Positions 36,301-49,282 of a stretch of 64,000 nucleotides of DNA are shown here, in pieces. The stretch lies in contig NC_058369.1 of assembly GCF_018350175.1 (NCBI RefSeq), positions 7,256,001 to 7,320,000 of the forward strand, written 5' to 3'. The notes under the pieces were generated by a model. That model ran no database searches. It was not told the origin of the DNA and saw only the letters and a program-made list of their open reading frames with translations. The position numbers and the translations under genes are program-made. Numbering within the stretch: the first letter of the stretch is position 1; every line of letters starts with the position of its first letter. Origin of the DNA: Felis catus (lineage: Eukaryota).

Positions 36301-37819
36301 CAACAATGTAGTGTATGTGTGTGTGTTTCTTGCATGCTCGATTGCTTTCCCATATCACTTATGAGGTGATATATCAATTATTAGTCTTTTCCCAAGGGAG
36401 TGTTGGATCTTTAAGGTCTAGTATACTTTCTGTGTACGGTGCTCATTTGTGCTCATTGCCGGGTACTGGGATGTGATTTCTTATTCATAGAAAGAATAAA
36501 GGAATAAGTTCTGAGAGATGAGAGCTTAAAAGGAAGCCCAGAGCTTCAAGGTTCTGCAGCATCCATTAAGAAAAAAGTTTAAGTGTGTCAACCAAATAAA
36601 ATATTTCATTTTTTTCTTTTTTCATATGCCTAACAACAGTCTAGACCAGGGCTAATGCAAGTGTAATGTGTAGATCATATATAATTAAAATGTTTTCAGT
36701 GCCCACAATAAACAGTGAAAGAAGTGTCATTATTTTTTTTTAACGTTTATTTTTGAGAGAGAGAGCGACAGAGCACAAGTTGGGGAGGAGCAGAGAGAGA
36801 GAGGGAGACACAGAATCTGAAGCAGGCTCCAGGCTTTGAGCTGTCAGCACAGAGCCCGACGTGGGGCTCGAACCCACAAACTGTGAGATCGTGACCTGAG
36901 CCGAAGTCGGTTGCTTAACCGACTGAGCCACCCAGGCACCCCAAAAGTGTCATTATTTCTAAGAATATATGTTATTTTACCAGATATATTCTTTTTTTTT
37001 TTTTAAGTTGTATTTATTTTGAGAGACAGTGCAAGCGGGGGAGGGACAGAGCAGAGGGGAAGGGGGACAGAGGATCCAAAGCAGGCTGTGTGCTGACAGC
37101 AGAGAGCCTAATACAGGGCTCAAACTCACAAACCATGAGATCGTGACCTGAGCTGTAGTCTGATGCTTAACCAACTGAGCTACCCAGGTGTCCGTTTACC
37201 AGATATATCCTAAATATCATTTAAGCATGTAACCAATATTTAGAATTAGAGGTATTTGACATTCTTTACTTTGAATTCAGTCTTCAAAATTCATCGGACA
37301 CTAAATTTGGTCAGATATACTTCTCTTTATTTCTTACAAAATTTACCACTGAAAGACAATTAAAAATTCAAGTTATCTCAGGGTTGCCTGGGTGGCTCAG
37401 TTGGTTAAGCGTCTGACTCCATTTCCACTCAGGTCAGGATCTCACAGTTTGTGAGATCGAGCCCTGCATCGGGCTCTGAGCTGACAGCAAAGAGCCTGCT
37501 TCGTACTCTCTCGCTCCCTCTCTCTCTGCCCTCCCCTGCTCACGCTTGCTCTCTCTTTCTCTCTCTCAGTTGATGTTACTGATACTGCTATAGGGCATAC
37601 CATTTTTAGTGTGTTTCTCATATATCATCTACACAGAGCCAACGTATGACGATTGATGACTGATAACATTTACTGATTAATGGTAAATACAAAACATGAC
37701 TCCAGATTACCCGGTGTCCATGGGGATGGCTGTCTGTACTTGTATTCATAAGATACGCTGAAATGGTCTTGGTGTCAGAGAAAGGAATGTCGGGTAAGTT
37801 ATTCCGTCACCCTTACAGG

Positions 37820-39927
37820 ATGGCAGCCATTGATTTGTCCTCTGGTAAGTCCTGTTGATACCCCTTGTTTTTAATAGACTCAGCTTTAGATCACCCTTGC
37901 ACAATGGTCTGGGCCTGAGCAGTTGTGCTGCTGGCCCTTTAAAGAGGAGTCAAAATGGGCCAACGACTGTGTTTTCTAAGTCGTCTTACTGATATGTGTA
38001 CATTGGGAAGAGGTACTACATAACTTTTTTATTAATTATATTGCTTTGGGCAGAAAATGAGTCCCATTTCTCGGGGCTTAAATTTCCTTCCCTGTCAAAT
38101 TGACTTACTCTTTTCCTCACGGGCAGCATGGATCACTATCCCCTTTTCAGTTGTAGGTGAGACGAGACCACGCTGGCATCCTATAGCAGTAGTCTGTGTT
38201 TGCAGGAGATTTCTTGAGAGTTTTGGGAATTTCACACTAGAATAGAAAGACTTCTAGGCAGGTGAATGCGAGAATTATGGTCCTCTCTGGGTATACGTGG
38301 CTTCTTTGTTTTCTTCTATGTTTTCTTTGTGCCTTCCTGAGGAAAAGATAGAAGTAGGAAGGATGGTGGCTGACTGGCTGAGAGATTGTTCTTGGCTAGG
38401 CAAAAAGCATGTCCTTGTACAAGAGGACATATCTGTATTCACCAGATGGACACATTTCCTCCCAGGTGGACCGATCTCCAGAGCTTCTTAAAGTCACTCA
38501 AAGACTGAGTGTCTATTGAATTTCCCCACAGAATAGAACCTTTCATATTGGTGGTACGGGAATACTCTGAAAATAATTTGAGCGTTTCAGTAAGTTCTAA
38601 CTAAACTTGACTCTCATGATGGTGACCTTTTTTATCTATTGTGTGCCCTCACAGATGATATGGAAGATGGAGGTGTGCTTTTCTCAAAGAATTGATCCAT
38701 TCACGACCATGTATCAGGTGTCTACAGTGTGTTCGGGTATGTGCTGCATTAGAGGGAAATAAGAAAAGAGCTCCGAGTCCAGGTGTGGTGAGACAAGGTC
38801 ATGTTTAAGAGTTTCCATTGAAGCCATGTGACTGGAGTGAGTATAGGTATTTAAAATATTTAGAACCATTGACCCTGGGAGTATGAGAGACCTTGAAACT
38901 CTGTATTACTGTTTCTCTCATCCTTGTTCCAGTGAACATTGATGATGTTCCTTGATCCAAGCCATTACATGTGTGGTTATTTAGGATTCAGTGACCTTTG
39001 GTGATGTGCCTGTGGACTTCACCTTGGAGGAATGGACTCTTCTGGACCCCTCTTAGAGAACCTTACGCAGAGATGCAGTACTGGATGGAGAACTCCCAGA
39101 ACCTGAGTACGGTGGGTAAGGCTGCCATTATTCCTATAGCCTGCTGTTGAACAGATACATATTATTTCCTCATTGTGTTGCAGGATGGGTGATGTCAGAT
39201 CTGAACACAAGTGACACACAGTTGCTTCACTGATGTGTTCTAATCCAGTGTGGGTGCTGTCAAAATGTGGTCTTTGGACAGACGGCATCACCGTCTCTGT
39301 TAGAAATGGACATTCTCACATTCCACTGGCATCTGTTACAGTGGTGGCAAGTGGGACCCAGTCATCTGTTTTTAACAAATAGTCCACGTGATTCTGATGC
39401 ACACTAAAATTTGGGAACCACTGGTTAATGGTTTCTCTATGAAAGTGAAAATCTCTTTGTTGCCCTTACTCTATTTCCTATCTCAATAAAAGTGTTAGTG
39501 CGTTGTAAATGTGTGTATAAGCCTGAATGTGGGTTTCCAGGCTCAGAGGGAACCAGTCTTTTCAGGGTACAGAGTATATTTGCATTTTTTTAATTAAAAA
39601 AATTGTTTTAAGTTTATTTATTTCAGTAATCTTTACACCCAATGTGGGGCTCAGACCTATGATCCGGAACTCAAGAGTTAACACATTCTTTCAACTGAGC
39701 CAGACAGGCGCCCCTGTATTTGCATTTTTATCTCATTTGAAATAATTTTATTGCTGTCATGAGTAATAAAACACCTGACTCATAGGAAGGTTGGTTATCT
39801 CTTGCATGAGTCTCTCTTCCATTAAGATCTCTTTCTCCATGAATAGGTTATCAACTCTTTAAACACACTTTTATCTCATGGTTGGAACAAGAAGAGTTGA
39901 GGACAATGGAGAGAGGTATTCCTCAGG
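37820..39927 (+). pseudogene. Disabled KRAB exon set of a ZNF426/ZNF559/ZNF561-clade KRAB zinc-finger gene
   Basis: Exon 37820-37844 MAAIDLSS|gtaagt. Degenerate exon ~38320-38395 CLPEEKIEVGRMVADWLRDCSW lacking canonical AG/GT. KRAB-A 38985-39115 (tttag|DSVTFGDVPVDFTLEEWTLLDPS*...ENSQNLSTV|gtaagg) with in-frame TAG at 39054-39056 and +4 nt (131 vs usual 127). KRAB-B 39847-39927 GYQLFKHTFISWLEQEELRTMERGIPQ|gtgagt. Confidence 0.88.
39246..39424. mobile_element. MER5A-type hAT DNA transposon in the KRAB A-B intron
   Basis: CAGTG...CAAAATGTGGTC...TGTTAGAAATG...TTTAACAA...GTGATTCTGATGCACACTAAAATTTGGGAACCACTG. Confidence 0.75.
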
Positions 39928-39999
39928 GTGAGTGTGAAGAACATCCCTCATCAATGAGAAGTTCAGTATGTTTGGAAATGTAACAAGAGGCTTCTTACG

Positions 40000-41490
40000 A
40001 GGTATGGTTGACATATGACATATTAGTTCCAGATATGACATAATGATCCAATATTTGTATATATTTTGAAATGACTACCACACTAAGTTTAGTTAAAATC
40101 TATCACCATATATAGCTACAAAGTTGTGTTTTTTGTGTGTGATGAGAACTTTTAGGATTTACTCTTAGCAACTTTGAAATATAAAGTACAGAGGCGCCGG
40201 GGTGGTTCAGTCAGTTAAGCATCTGACTCTTCATTTCGGCTTGGGTCATGGTCTCACAGTTTGTGGGTTCAAGCCCCGCATCAGACTCTGCGCTGACGGC
40301 ACAGAGCCTGCCTGGGATTCTCTCTCTCTCTCTACCTCTCCCCCACTCCCTCTCTCAAAAGTAAATAAACTTAAAAAAAAAGAAATATAAAATACAGTAT
40401 TATTAACTATCATCACCATGCTGTATATTCCATTCCCATGACTTATTTTATAACTAGAAGTTTATACCTTTTGACCCTTTCACCCATTTCACTCAACCCC
40501 CACCCCCTCCTCTGGCAACCACCAATCTGTTCTCTGGATGTTTGAACTTTGTTGTGGTTTTTTGTTCCGATTTTTTTGATTCCACATACCAGTGAGATGG
40601 TATTTGTGTTTTTTTTACTTATTTCACTTAGCATAAAACCTCAAAGACCATTCATATTGTAAATGGCAAGATTTCTTTCTTTTTATGAGTGAATAGTATT
40701 CCATTGTGTATATACCACATTTTCCTTATTTCTTCATCTGTTAGTGAATACTTAAGTTGTCCCCATATCTTGGCTGTTGTAAATAATGCTGCAGTGAACT
40801 TGAGGGTGCATGTATCTTTATCAGTTAGTGATTTTGATTTATTTGGATAAATTCCCAGAAGTTGAATTGTTGGGTCATATGAGAATTCTTTTTTTTTTTT
40901 TTTAATGTTTATTTTTGAGAGAGAGAATACAAGCATGGGAGGGGCAGAGAGAGAGAAGGGGACAGAGAATCTGGAACGGGCTCTACACTGGCAGCGGTGA
41001 ACCCAACATGGGGCTCAAAATCACAAACCACGAGATCATAACCTGAGTTGAAGTCAGCTGCTCAACCAACTGAGCCACCCAGTTGCCCCAATGATTGTTC
41101 AATCGTTCTATCTATCTATCTATCTATCTATCATCTATCTATCTATCAACATGTAGAATCATCACACAGGTCTGTTCACTTTATGAAAATTAATCATGGT
41201 ATACATTTAAGAGTTTTTGTAGTTTCCTTTATTATTTACTTTACATCCAAGTTAGTTAGCATATGGTGCAATAATGATTTCAGGAGTAGATTCCTTAATG
41301 CCCCTTACCCATTTAGCCCATCCTCCCTCCCTGTTTTTATATTATTTTTGCTTCCCTTCTCTTATGTTCATCTGTTTTGTATCTTAAAGTCCTCATATGA
41401 GTGAAGTCATATGATTTTTGTCTTTCTCTGACTAATTTCACTTAGCATAATACCCTCTAGTTCCATCCACGCAGTTACAAATGGAATGAT
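40000..41490 (-). mobile_element. L1 3'-end fragments with SINE insertions and (TATC)n
   Basis: Minus-strand ORF ...[18 protein letters not shown]...[18 protein letters not shown]..., plus L1 3'UTR motifs. Confidence 0.8.
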
Positions 41491-41499
41491 AGTTCTATT

Positions 41500-44400
41500 T
41501 AAATTGTTCGAGGCCATATGGTATAAGTAGGTTTAAACCTGTCCTGAGTTGATGGATGCTCCATATCTCATTGAACCAGTCTCTTCGTCCTGAGAATAGG
41601 TTAGTTCAGTTAAAGATTTGTGTCTTATTTCAGGAGGCAGTGATACAGGTGGGTTACCCAAGTTAGGCCTATATGGTACAAGCAGTTGGGTATTTAATAA
41701 GAAACATCTCTGTGGAAACAAAAGAAAATAAAAAAGGTTAATGGTTGGAGTAGACTGTAATCCCAGTTTTGGGTCCTGAAGGTAGCCAGTCAAGATTTCT
41801 AGATGCCGGACTTGGCGCATGTTCAGATGCACTGAGGGCAGGCAGTATTTAAGCTGATGGATTTTACTTGTCTGCAGTTTGAGGGTCTCTGGTGATCGGA
41901 GTGGCCCACATGGCAGCAGGTATGAAGATGGTCCCGCTGCTGTGGTGATTTCTCTTTTTTATCAGGTTATCTCACCTTAGCTGATGTGGCTTTGTGCCAA
42001 GGGCAGTTTTATTTCTCAATGATTCCAAGTTACAAGGGTAGGGGAAAAAGTTGGAAATGTTCGTTTGGAGAGTTGTAGCCAGATTCTGGAGGAAACAAAA
42101 AGAATTTAGTATCCAGTCTAGTTTACAGACAGGAAACAAAGCCTTAAAGACAATTAACAACACTAGAATTTGATACCCACAGAGGTGTATTACTGAAATG
42201 CAATTTTTTCCTCTATAAACAGTTACCCCCATTTGTATCAGATAATTAAAACAACACTGATTTATTTGTGAAATAAGTTTTGTCTCATTAAATTTGGCTT
42301 GGTTATTTAAGTGCAGCAAGAATACTGATTGACCATATAGGCTCCTTTAAGTCTGCTTTGATGGAACTTTTGAGAGAGCAGAGGAGGGGCAGAGAGAGAG
42401 GGAGAGAGAACATCCCAAGCAGGCTCCACACTGTCAGCACAGAGCTCTGTGTAGGGCTCGAACCCACAAGCCGTGAGATCATGACCTGAGCTGAAATCAA
42501 GAGTCAGATGCTTAACCAACTGAGCTACCCAGGCACCCTGAGATGTAACTTTTAAAAGCCTCTTCAGGCTAAGAAGCCAAGGCGGGAACTTGCCATAGAC
42601 TTGGCTTGCAATACCTATAGGTTTGGGTGAATTCCTCTCTTCTTGAGATCCCCCAAATATGGTGAAGTTCCTTTGCTTGCCAGAAAGTGATCTTCCTTAC
42701 TCACCTGGAAGACTGCTGGGAGCCTTGTAGGCAAGGTACCAGGCCAATTCTCCCAAGGGGCTTGTTTTGTTTAAAAAAGTTTTTTTAATGTTTATTTATT
42801 TTTAGAGAGAGATGGAGACAGAGCATGAGTGAGGGAGGGACAGAGAGAGTGAGGGAGACACAGAATCCAAAGCAGGCTCTAGGCCCTGAGCTGTCAGCAC
42901 AGAGCCCAACACAGGGCTCAAATCATGGACCGTGAGGTCATGACCTGAGCCAAAGTCGGATGCTTAACTGACTTAACCACCCAGGTGCCCCTGCGAGGGG
43001 CTTTATTGGTTCCATAAAGTCCATCTTAATTCCTTAAAGCTGTCTGGTAATTGAATCTATGAGTATCATTCTCAAATATGACTTTCTACTTAAAGCCTTG
43101 GTGATAATAACCAGTGTTTCCAATTGTGTCCCATTATGTGAAAGTGGAATAGATTCTTAACGAACCTACGCAAATAAGTATATTGCCCTGAAAATAAAAG
43201 TGCTCACTGAGAGTTTCCAAATTCTGGACAAATCAGTTATGGAGAAAAAAGGTAAATATTTCATCCTTGTTCACAAATGTATATATCTTACCAAGTTGCT
43301 GATAGGTTAAGAGAAAAAGGTTTTCTTAAGTCTGGAAAAATGAAAACGTGAAGGAACTATAACAGTGTTTTACATAAAATGTCATAAAAATTATAATTAC
43401 ACTCACAGTTCATTAAGTGCCTCATGTTTTTATTGTTTGGCTTGAATCCACTTTTTCCATTAATTCTATAAATTTTTACCCAGTTCAGTTTTAGGATCTT
43501 ACAGTTATTAGAAATCTGTACTTGTCAAAAATTCCTTTTCATGAATCTCCTTGAAAATGACCACTTTTATAGACACTTGCAAAGCAGTGCAGTAAAACAG
43601 TAACTATGTATAAATGAAAGAAGACTTTAACCATTGCCATTTTTAAGGTCAGATGAAAGTTGATTAAATTTATCAGGAAATTTGGTTATTTCTGTGACAC
43701 ATTTTAAGATAATAACTAGAATTATAAGTGATAGCATACAAGTTTATATCAGGTTTTTAAGAATTTCTTACAATTTCTGAATAATGTATTTGTTATAACT
43801 TGTATTAATTACATTTACCCACAGTATAACCTAAGAAGGTTTATTATGTATTTGATATGGTTAACATACCATTTAACCTAATTAGTTTAATCTCTCTCTT
43901 ATAAGGAAACAGAACAAATCTTTTGGGGTGTTCCAGGAGCCCTCTGGAAAAATCCCAGGTGAGTTCAACATTAAGACTTCACTTAGAATTTGAATTTTGG
44001 AAAGTTTGTCAAAAATATCAAAAGGTTTTGGGATGCCTGGCTGGCTCAATTATTACAGCATATGACTCTTGATTCAGGGTTGTGAGTTCTAGCCCTACAT
44101 TGGGTGTAGAGATTAAACATAAAATCTTAAAAACAAGGTTTTAAAACAGTTGGTCAAATAAGGTAATTCACTATGAAGCAATACTTAATTATCCATTTAA
44201 CCAAAATGACAATAAAAGATTTTAGAGCCAAATATAGAAAGTTACTTATGAGCAAAACTCAGCTCTTGAGAAGACTAGGTTTACTTAAGCAAAGGCCTAA
44301 GGACAAAGATAACATGAAGCACAATAAGTTATTTTATAACATAGAATTATGCTTTTTCAAAAGGTAAATTTAAAACTAAAAGCACAAAAAACTTCGGTGA

Positions 44401-47400
44401 TCTCTAATCAAGAGCACACCAGTAATCCATGAAAACCAAATTCTAACTTTGTAGCAGGGTACTTTTTAATATTAAAATTCTTTTTACAATTTTAATTAGA
44501 TCCACTCCAATCTTAGCCAGTTTGACCACACATAAAATTCTTTTCCCAAGATTCCTTTTTCACAAACCTTCTACAACTATCTTTTTTACATTCAGATTTT
44601 CTATTTTTTCAAAAATGTTTACTTATTTTGAGAGAGAGAGAGAGAGAGAGAGAGGGACAGAGAGAGACACACAATCCAAAGCAGGTTCCAGGCTCTGAGC
44701 TGTCAGCACAGAGCCTGATGTGGGGCTCAAACCCACCAACCACGAGATCATGACCTGAGCCAAAGTCAGATGCTCAACCAACTGAGCCATCCAGGTGCTC
44801 CCCTCTTTTTTCTTAAAACAAAATTATTTTCATTTCCCTTAACAAACATGCATTGTCATACCTAATACCTTTCATACACAAAGACATTCTACCTTCCTTG
44901 CATACCTTGCTTTATTATTTCTAGTAATTTTAATTAGGTTTCTATGGGTTAAAAATTCAAATTAATATACTTATAGAAACTTGAAGTAGTAAGTAGTTGT
45001 AAATTGTTGTATACCAGCATTCTTTAGATTGGTAAATTTATGAGTTAAGCTTATACTTCCTCAAAACACTTTGTAATAGCACAGTTTTTCAGTGTGGCAC
45101 AGACAGGTTTACTAATAGCCCCAAATATCTTCTTTCTCTGTAATAAGAAACCAAAAGTAGGGGCACCTGGGTGGCTCAGTCAGTTGAGCGTCCAACTTCA
45201 GCTTAGGTCATGATCTCGCAATTCATGAGTTTGAACCCCAGGTCAGGGTCTGTGCTGACAGCTCAGAACCTGGAGCCTGCTTCAGATTCTATGTCACCCT
45301 CTCTCTCTCTCTGCCCCTCTCCCACTGGTGTTTGCCCTCTCTCTCTCTCTCTCTCTCAAAAACAAAACATTTAAAAAAAGAAAGAAAGAAAAACCAAAAG
45401 TAGATAAGCTGGTGTTCAGTAATTAATGTTTCAGTATTTTATCTTATTTGGAAATGATCTTGATGATCTAGATATTTAATGAATTTCCCATCATTTATTT
45501 TAACTTAAGCAGAAGTTTTCTGGTTTTTGTTTTAAGTAAACTCTACCCCCACCGTAGGGCTTCAGCTCACAACCCCAAGATCAGGAGTCACATGCTCTAC
45601 CAATTGAGCCAACCAGGCACCCATAACTTAGCAAAACTCTTAAAGTTCAAGCTACCAAAGAGATTTGGAAAACTTTTTTTTTTTTTTTTAATATTTATTT
45701 TTTGAGAGAGAGAGCACGAGCAAGGGAGGGACAAAGAGAGGGAGACAGAGGATCTGAAGCAGACTCTGTGCTGAGAGCGCAGACCTTGATGTGGGGCTTG
45801 AAATCACAAACCGTGAGATCATGACCTGAGCCGAAGTGAGACACTTAACCAACTGAGCCACCCAGGTGCCCTGGGAAACTATTTTTAAATAGACATACCA
45901 TAACACGTAATTATTGCTGAAAAATTCGCCTGAACTTTTATCCCATTTACATCTATCTAAACATTTGTTCCCAACAATTATGTTTAGATTCCCCACTTTA
46001 GAGATAGCATGAATTTATTTGACTATTAAACCCAGATAGACTGCAAGTTATTTATCTACATTATATTTAATGCTAATAACTCTGAAGACATGCCTGCTTT
46101 AATTAAGCCAAATGTAAACTAGGTTTTATTTACCAAAATAACCCCATGTCATGTGAACTGAAATGACATATAGAAACTAAATTTCTTGAGTTTTAGGAAT
46201 ACTTCATAAGCACTTAATTTTAATAGTTTTTTTTAATGTTTTTGTTTATTTTTGAGAGAGACAGAACATGAGCAGGGGAGGGGCAGAGAGAGAGGGAGCC
46301 ACAGAATCTGAAGCAGGCTCCAGGCTCCGAGCTGTCAGCACAGAGCCTGACGCGAGGCTCAAACTCACGGACTGTGAGATCATGACCTGAGCCGAAGTCA
46401 GACACTTAACCAACTGAGCCACCCAGGTGCCCTATAAGCACTTAATTTTAAACTAATTAAATAGAGCTCTTTTACAAATTAATTTTGGCTATTTTATCAA
46501 GAGGTAGAGAAAGGGAAAAAAAAAAAAAAAAACCTCTAGATCCATAGACATACATAAACACACAGACACAGAGATCCTGTTACCTCCTGTGGTGTTTACA
46601 TTTCAAAGGCATGGTAAGATTTACATTGTTAAGGGGCAAGGATAGAAAATGTAAGTTTTCTTCTAGGGAGTTTTAGTCCCTCTTGATTGATTGGTTTAGT
46701 GCTTCAAATAAAGTATAGTAGTGCAACGCCTGTAATTAGGCCCATAAAAAGTAATTCTCCAGGGGCACCTGGGTGGCTCAGTCAGTTGAATGTTCGACTC
46801 TTGATTTCAGCTCAGGTCATGATCTCACAGTTCATGAGTCTTGAGCCCCGCATCAGGCTCTGGGCTGACAGTGCGGAGCCTGCTTGGGATTCTCTGTCTC
46901 CTTCTGTCTCTCAAATAAATAAGTAAACATTTTTAAAAAATCAGTCTGCCAGTCCTTGTCCAGACTCAGTTTTGAATAAGGCCTTTTCAGAGTTGGAACA
47001 GGTCAGGAGACAAAGAGTGAAGTGGTGACACAGAAACCATACGCCTGTTGCATTTTCTTTCTGGTGGTGCCAGTGGTTTCCTGTTACAAGGCTGTTTCAC
47101 TCTTCTGTGTTAGGATACACACTCCTGGCATGACCCGCTGGTTCTGTGGTCACAGATGGAGGTGTACCATTCTCCTCACCTACAGGAATCCTTTCCTTGT
47201 GCCTTTAGCTCAGAGCTTCTCCTTGGGCAGGGACAGTAGCCTTGTAGTCCAGTTCACCCTCCTTAACTCTCTTTGGCCTTAAGGTGTGGAGGGAGGACCC
47301 TTATGCACAGTATTAGTCCATGAAGGCCCTTATGGTCTGGTAGTTTCTTTAAATCATATGGCCTTGAACACCTGCCCTGTGGAGATTGTTGGATGACTGC

Positions 47401-48025
47401 AACCTATGGGCCAGAACCCGCTGGCAGGACAGTGGCGAAGCAGGATGCAAAATCACATAGCAGGGCAGCAGACCTCTGGCAAGTGGTATGCCACTCCCAG
47501 ATGCTGTTACCCTCCTGAGTGAGGTGGTTAGTAAGCAAGCTGAAGGTAAAGGATATTCCTCGGTTAATTGCAAGGGCAATACTGCAGTCCTGCTGGCTAT
47601 GCCAGTTGTTTTGTGCTGGTCTCAGCCTTTCAATAACCAATATTCTAGTTGGACTGGCCCTTGGGGTTGCAAGGCACCCTTCAGCAATAACCATCAAGAA
47701 AGAAGACCTAGAAATTATACGGCTCACCTGAGGCCACACAGCAGGGTCTCAGGTAGAAGAGAGAAAATGCAATGGCCTGGCATTCTCCTTTTATCAGACT
47801 TGAGGGTGGGGGCCTGTGTTTCACAGGCTTATTCTTTATTGGTGGATTTCAGACGTAAGAGTAGGAATTTTGAAGTATAGAGAAATCAACCGTGTTTCTA
47901 AAATAAAGGGGCTTCAGTCAGAAGAGGTGGCTTGGCTCTTCAGTCATATAGCTGGTAATATGTTTACTCTGGTAGCCGTCTTTCCAGTGGATGCCTCTTT
48001 GAAATGGATGCCTTGGCCATCAAAC
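41500..48025 (-). mobile_element. Degenerate ERV internal sequence (ERV1/MER4-group-like) with at least nine SINE insertions
   Basis: Long AT-rich non-L1 tract with MER4-int-like phrases (CTTCCTTACTCACCTGGAAGACTGCTGGG, CCAGTGTTTCCAATTGTGTCC); no intact ORF; family and boundaries uncertain. Confidence 0.5.
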
Positions 48026-49166
48026 CTTTTAATTTTATTTATTTTTAATGTTTATTTTTGAGAGAGAGACAGGGCACAAGCAGGGGAGGGGCAGAGAGAG
48101 AGACACCCACAGAATCCAAAGCAAGCTCTAGGCTACGAGCTCTAAGCACAGAGCCCGATATGGGGCTTGAATTCATGAACTGTGAGATCATGACCTGAGT
48201 TGAAGTCAGCTGCTCAACCAATTGAGCCATCCAGGCGCGCCTTAAATAAACTTTTTTTAAAAAACTAAAAAAAAAAAAAAAGATACGAGGACAGCTCTGA
48301 GACAGCATCAGTTGTACAGACATTTGCATTATAGAGGTCCCAAAGGAAACACAGAGGTAGAAAGCTTATTTGGAGAAATTATGAATGAAAAGTTCCCTAA
48401 CCTGGGGAATGAAACAGACATCAAGGTCTAGGAAGGACAGGGAGCCCCAAAAAAGATGAACCCAGCAACGCCCACACCAAGACATGTAATACTTACTGTG
48501 GCAAAAAGTAAGGATAAAGAGAATTTTTATTATTTTTTTTTTAATTTTTTTTTAACGTTTATTTATTTTTGAGACAGAGAGAGACAGAGCATGAACGGGG
48601 GAGGGTCAGAGAGAGGGAGACACAGAATCTGAAACAGGCTCCAGGTTCTGAGCGGTCAGCACAGAGCCCGACACGGGGCTCAAACTCACGGACTGAAAGA
48701 TCATGACCTGAGCCAGAGTCGGCCGCTTAACCGACTGAGCCACCCAGGCGCCCCTAAAGAGAATTTTTAAAGAAAGAGATGAGAAAACCATTATATATGA
48801 GGGAAACCCCATGAGGCTATCAGCTGATTTTCAGCAGAAACTACAGGCCAGAAAGGAATGGCATAATACATTCAAGGTGCTGAAAGGAAAACCCCCTACA
48901 ACCAAGAATACTATACCCAGCAAGGTTATCATTCAGAATAGGAGAGAGTTTCCAACAAAAATAAAAGTTACATGTACTTAGAAGAAATGTTAAAGGGAAC
49001 TCTGAGTGGAAAGAAAAGGACATAATGAGAAGTAAAAGGAAAAACTTTTAACAAGTAAAAGTAAACATACAATAAACATAATTATCACTTGTAAAGCCAG
49101 TATAGAGGTTAAAACAGAAAATACCAATTATATCTATAAACATTAGCCAAAGGACTCAAAAGATGT

Positions 49167-49282
49167 CATATACATACGTAAATATATGTACATATATATA
49201 TAAATATATATAAATATATGTACATATATACATATAAATATATACATACATAAATATATACATATATTTACGTATGTATATG
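49167..49282. repeat. AT-rich inverted repeat within a (TA)/(TACA) low-complexity tract
   Basis: CATATACATACGTAAATATATGTA (49167-49190) is the exact reverse complement of 49259-49282. Confidence 0.85.

Noticed and set aside
47349..47880. Overlapping 70-130 aa ORFs on both strands
   Set aside because: No recognisable protein motif; they lie in probable degenerate ERV sequence.
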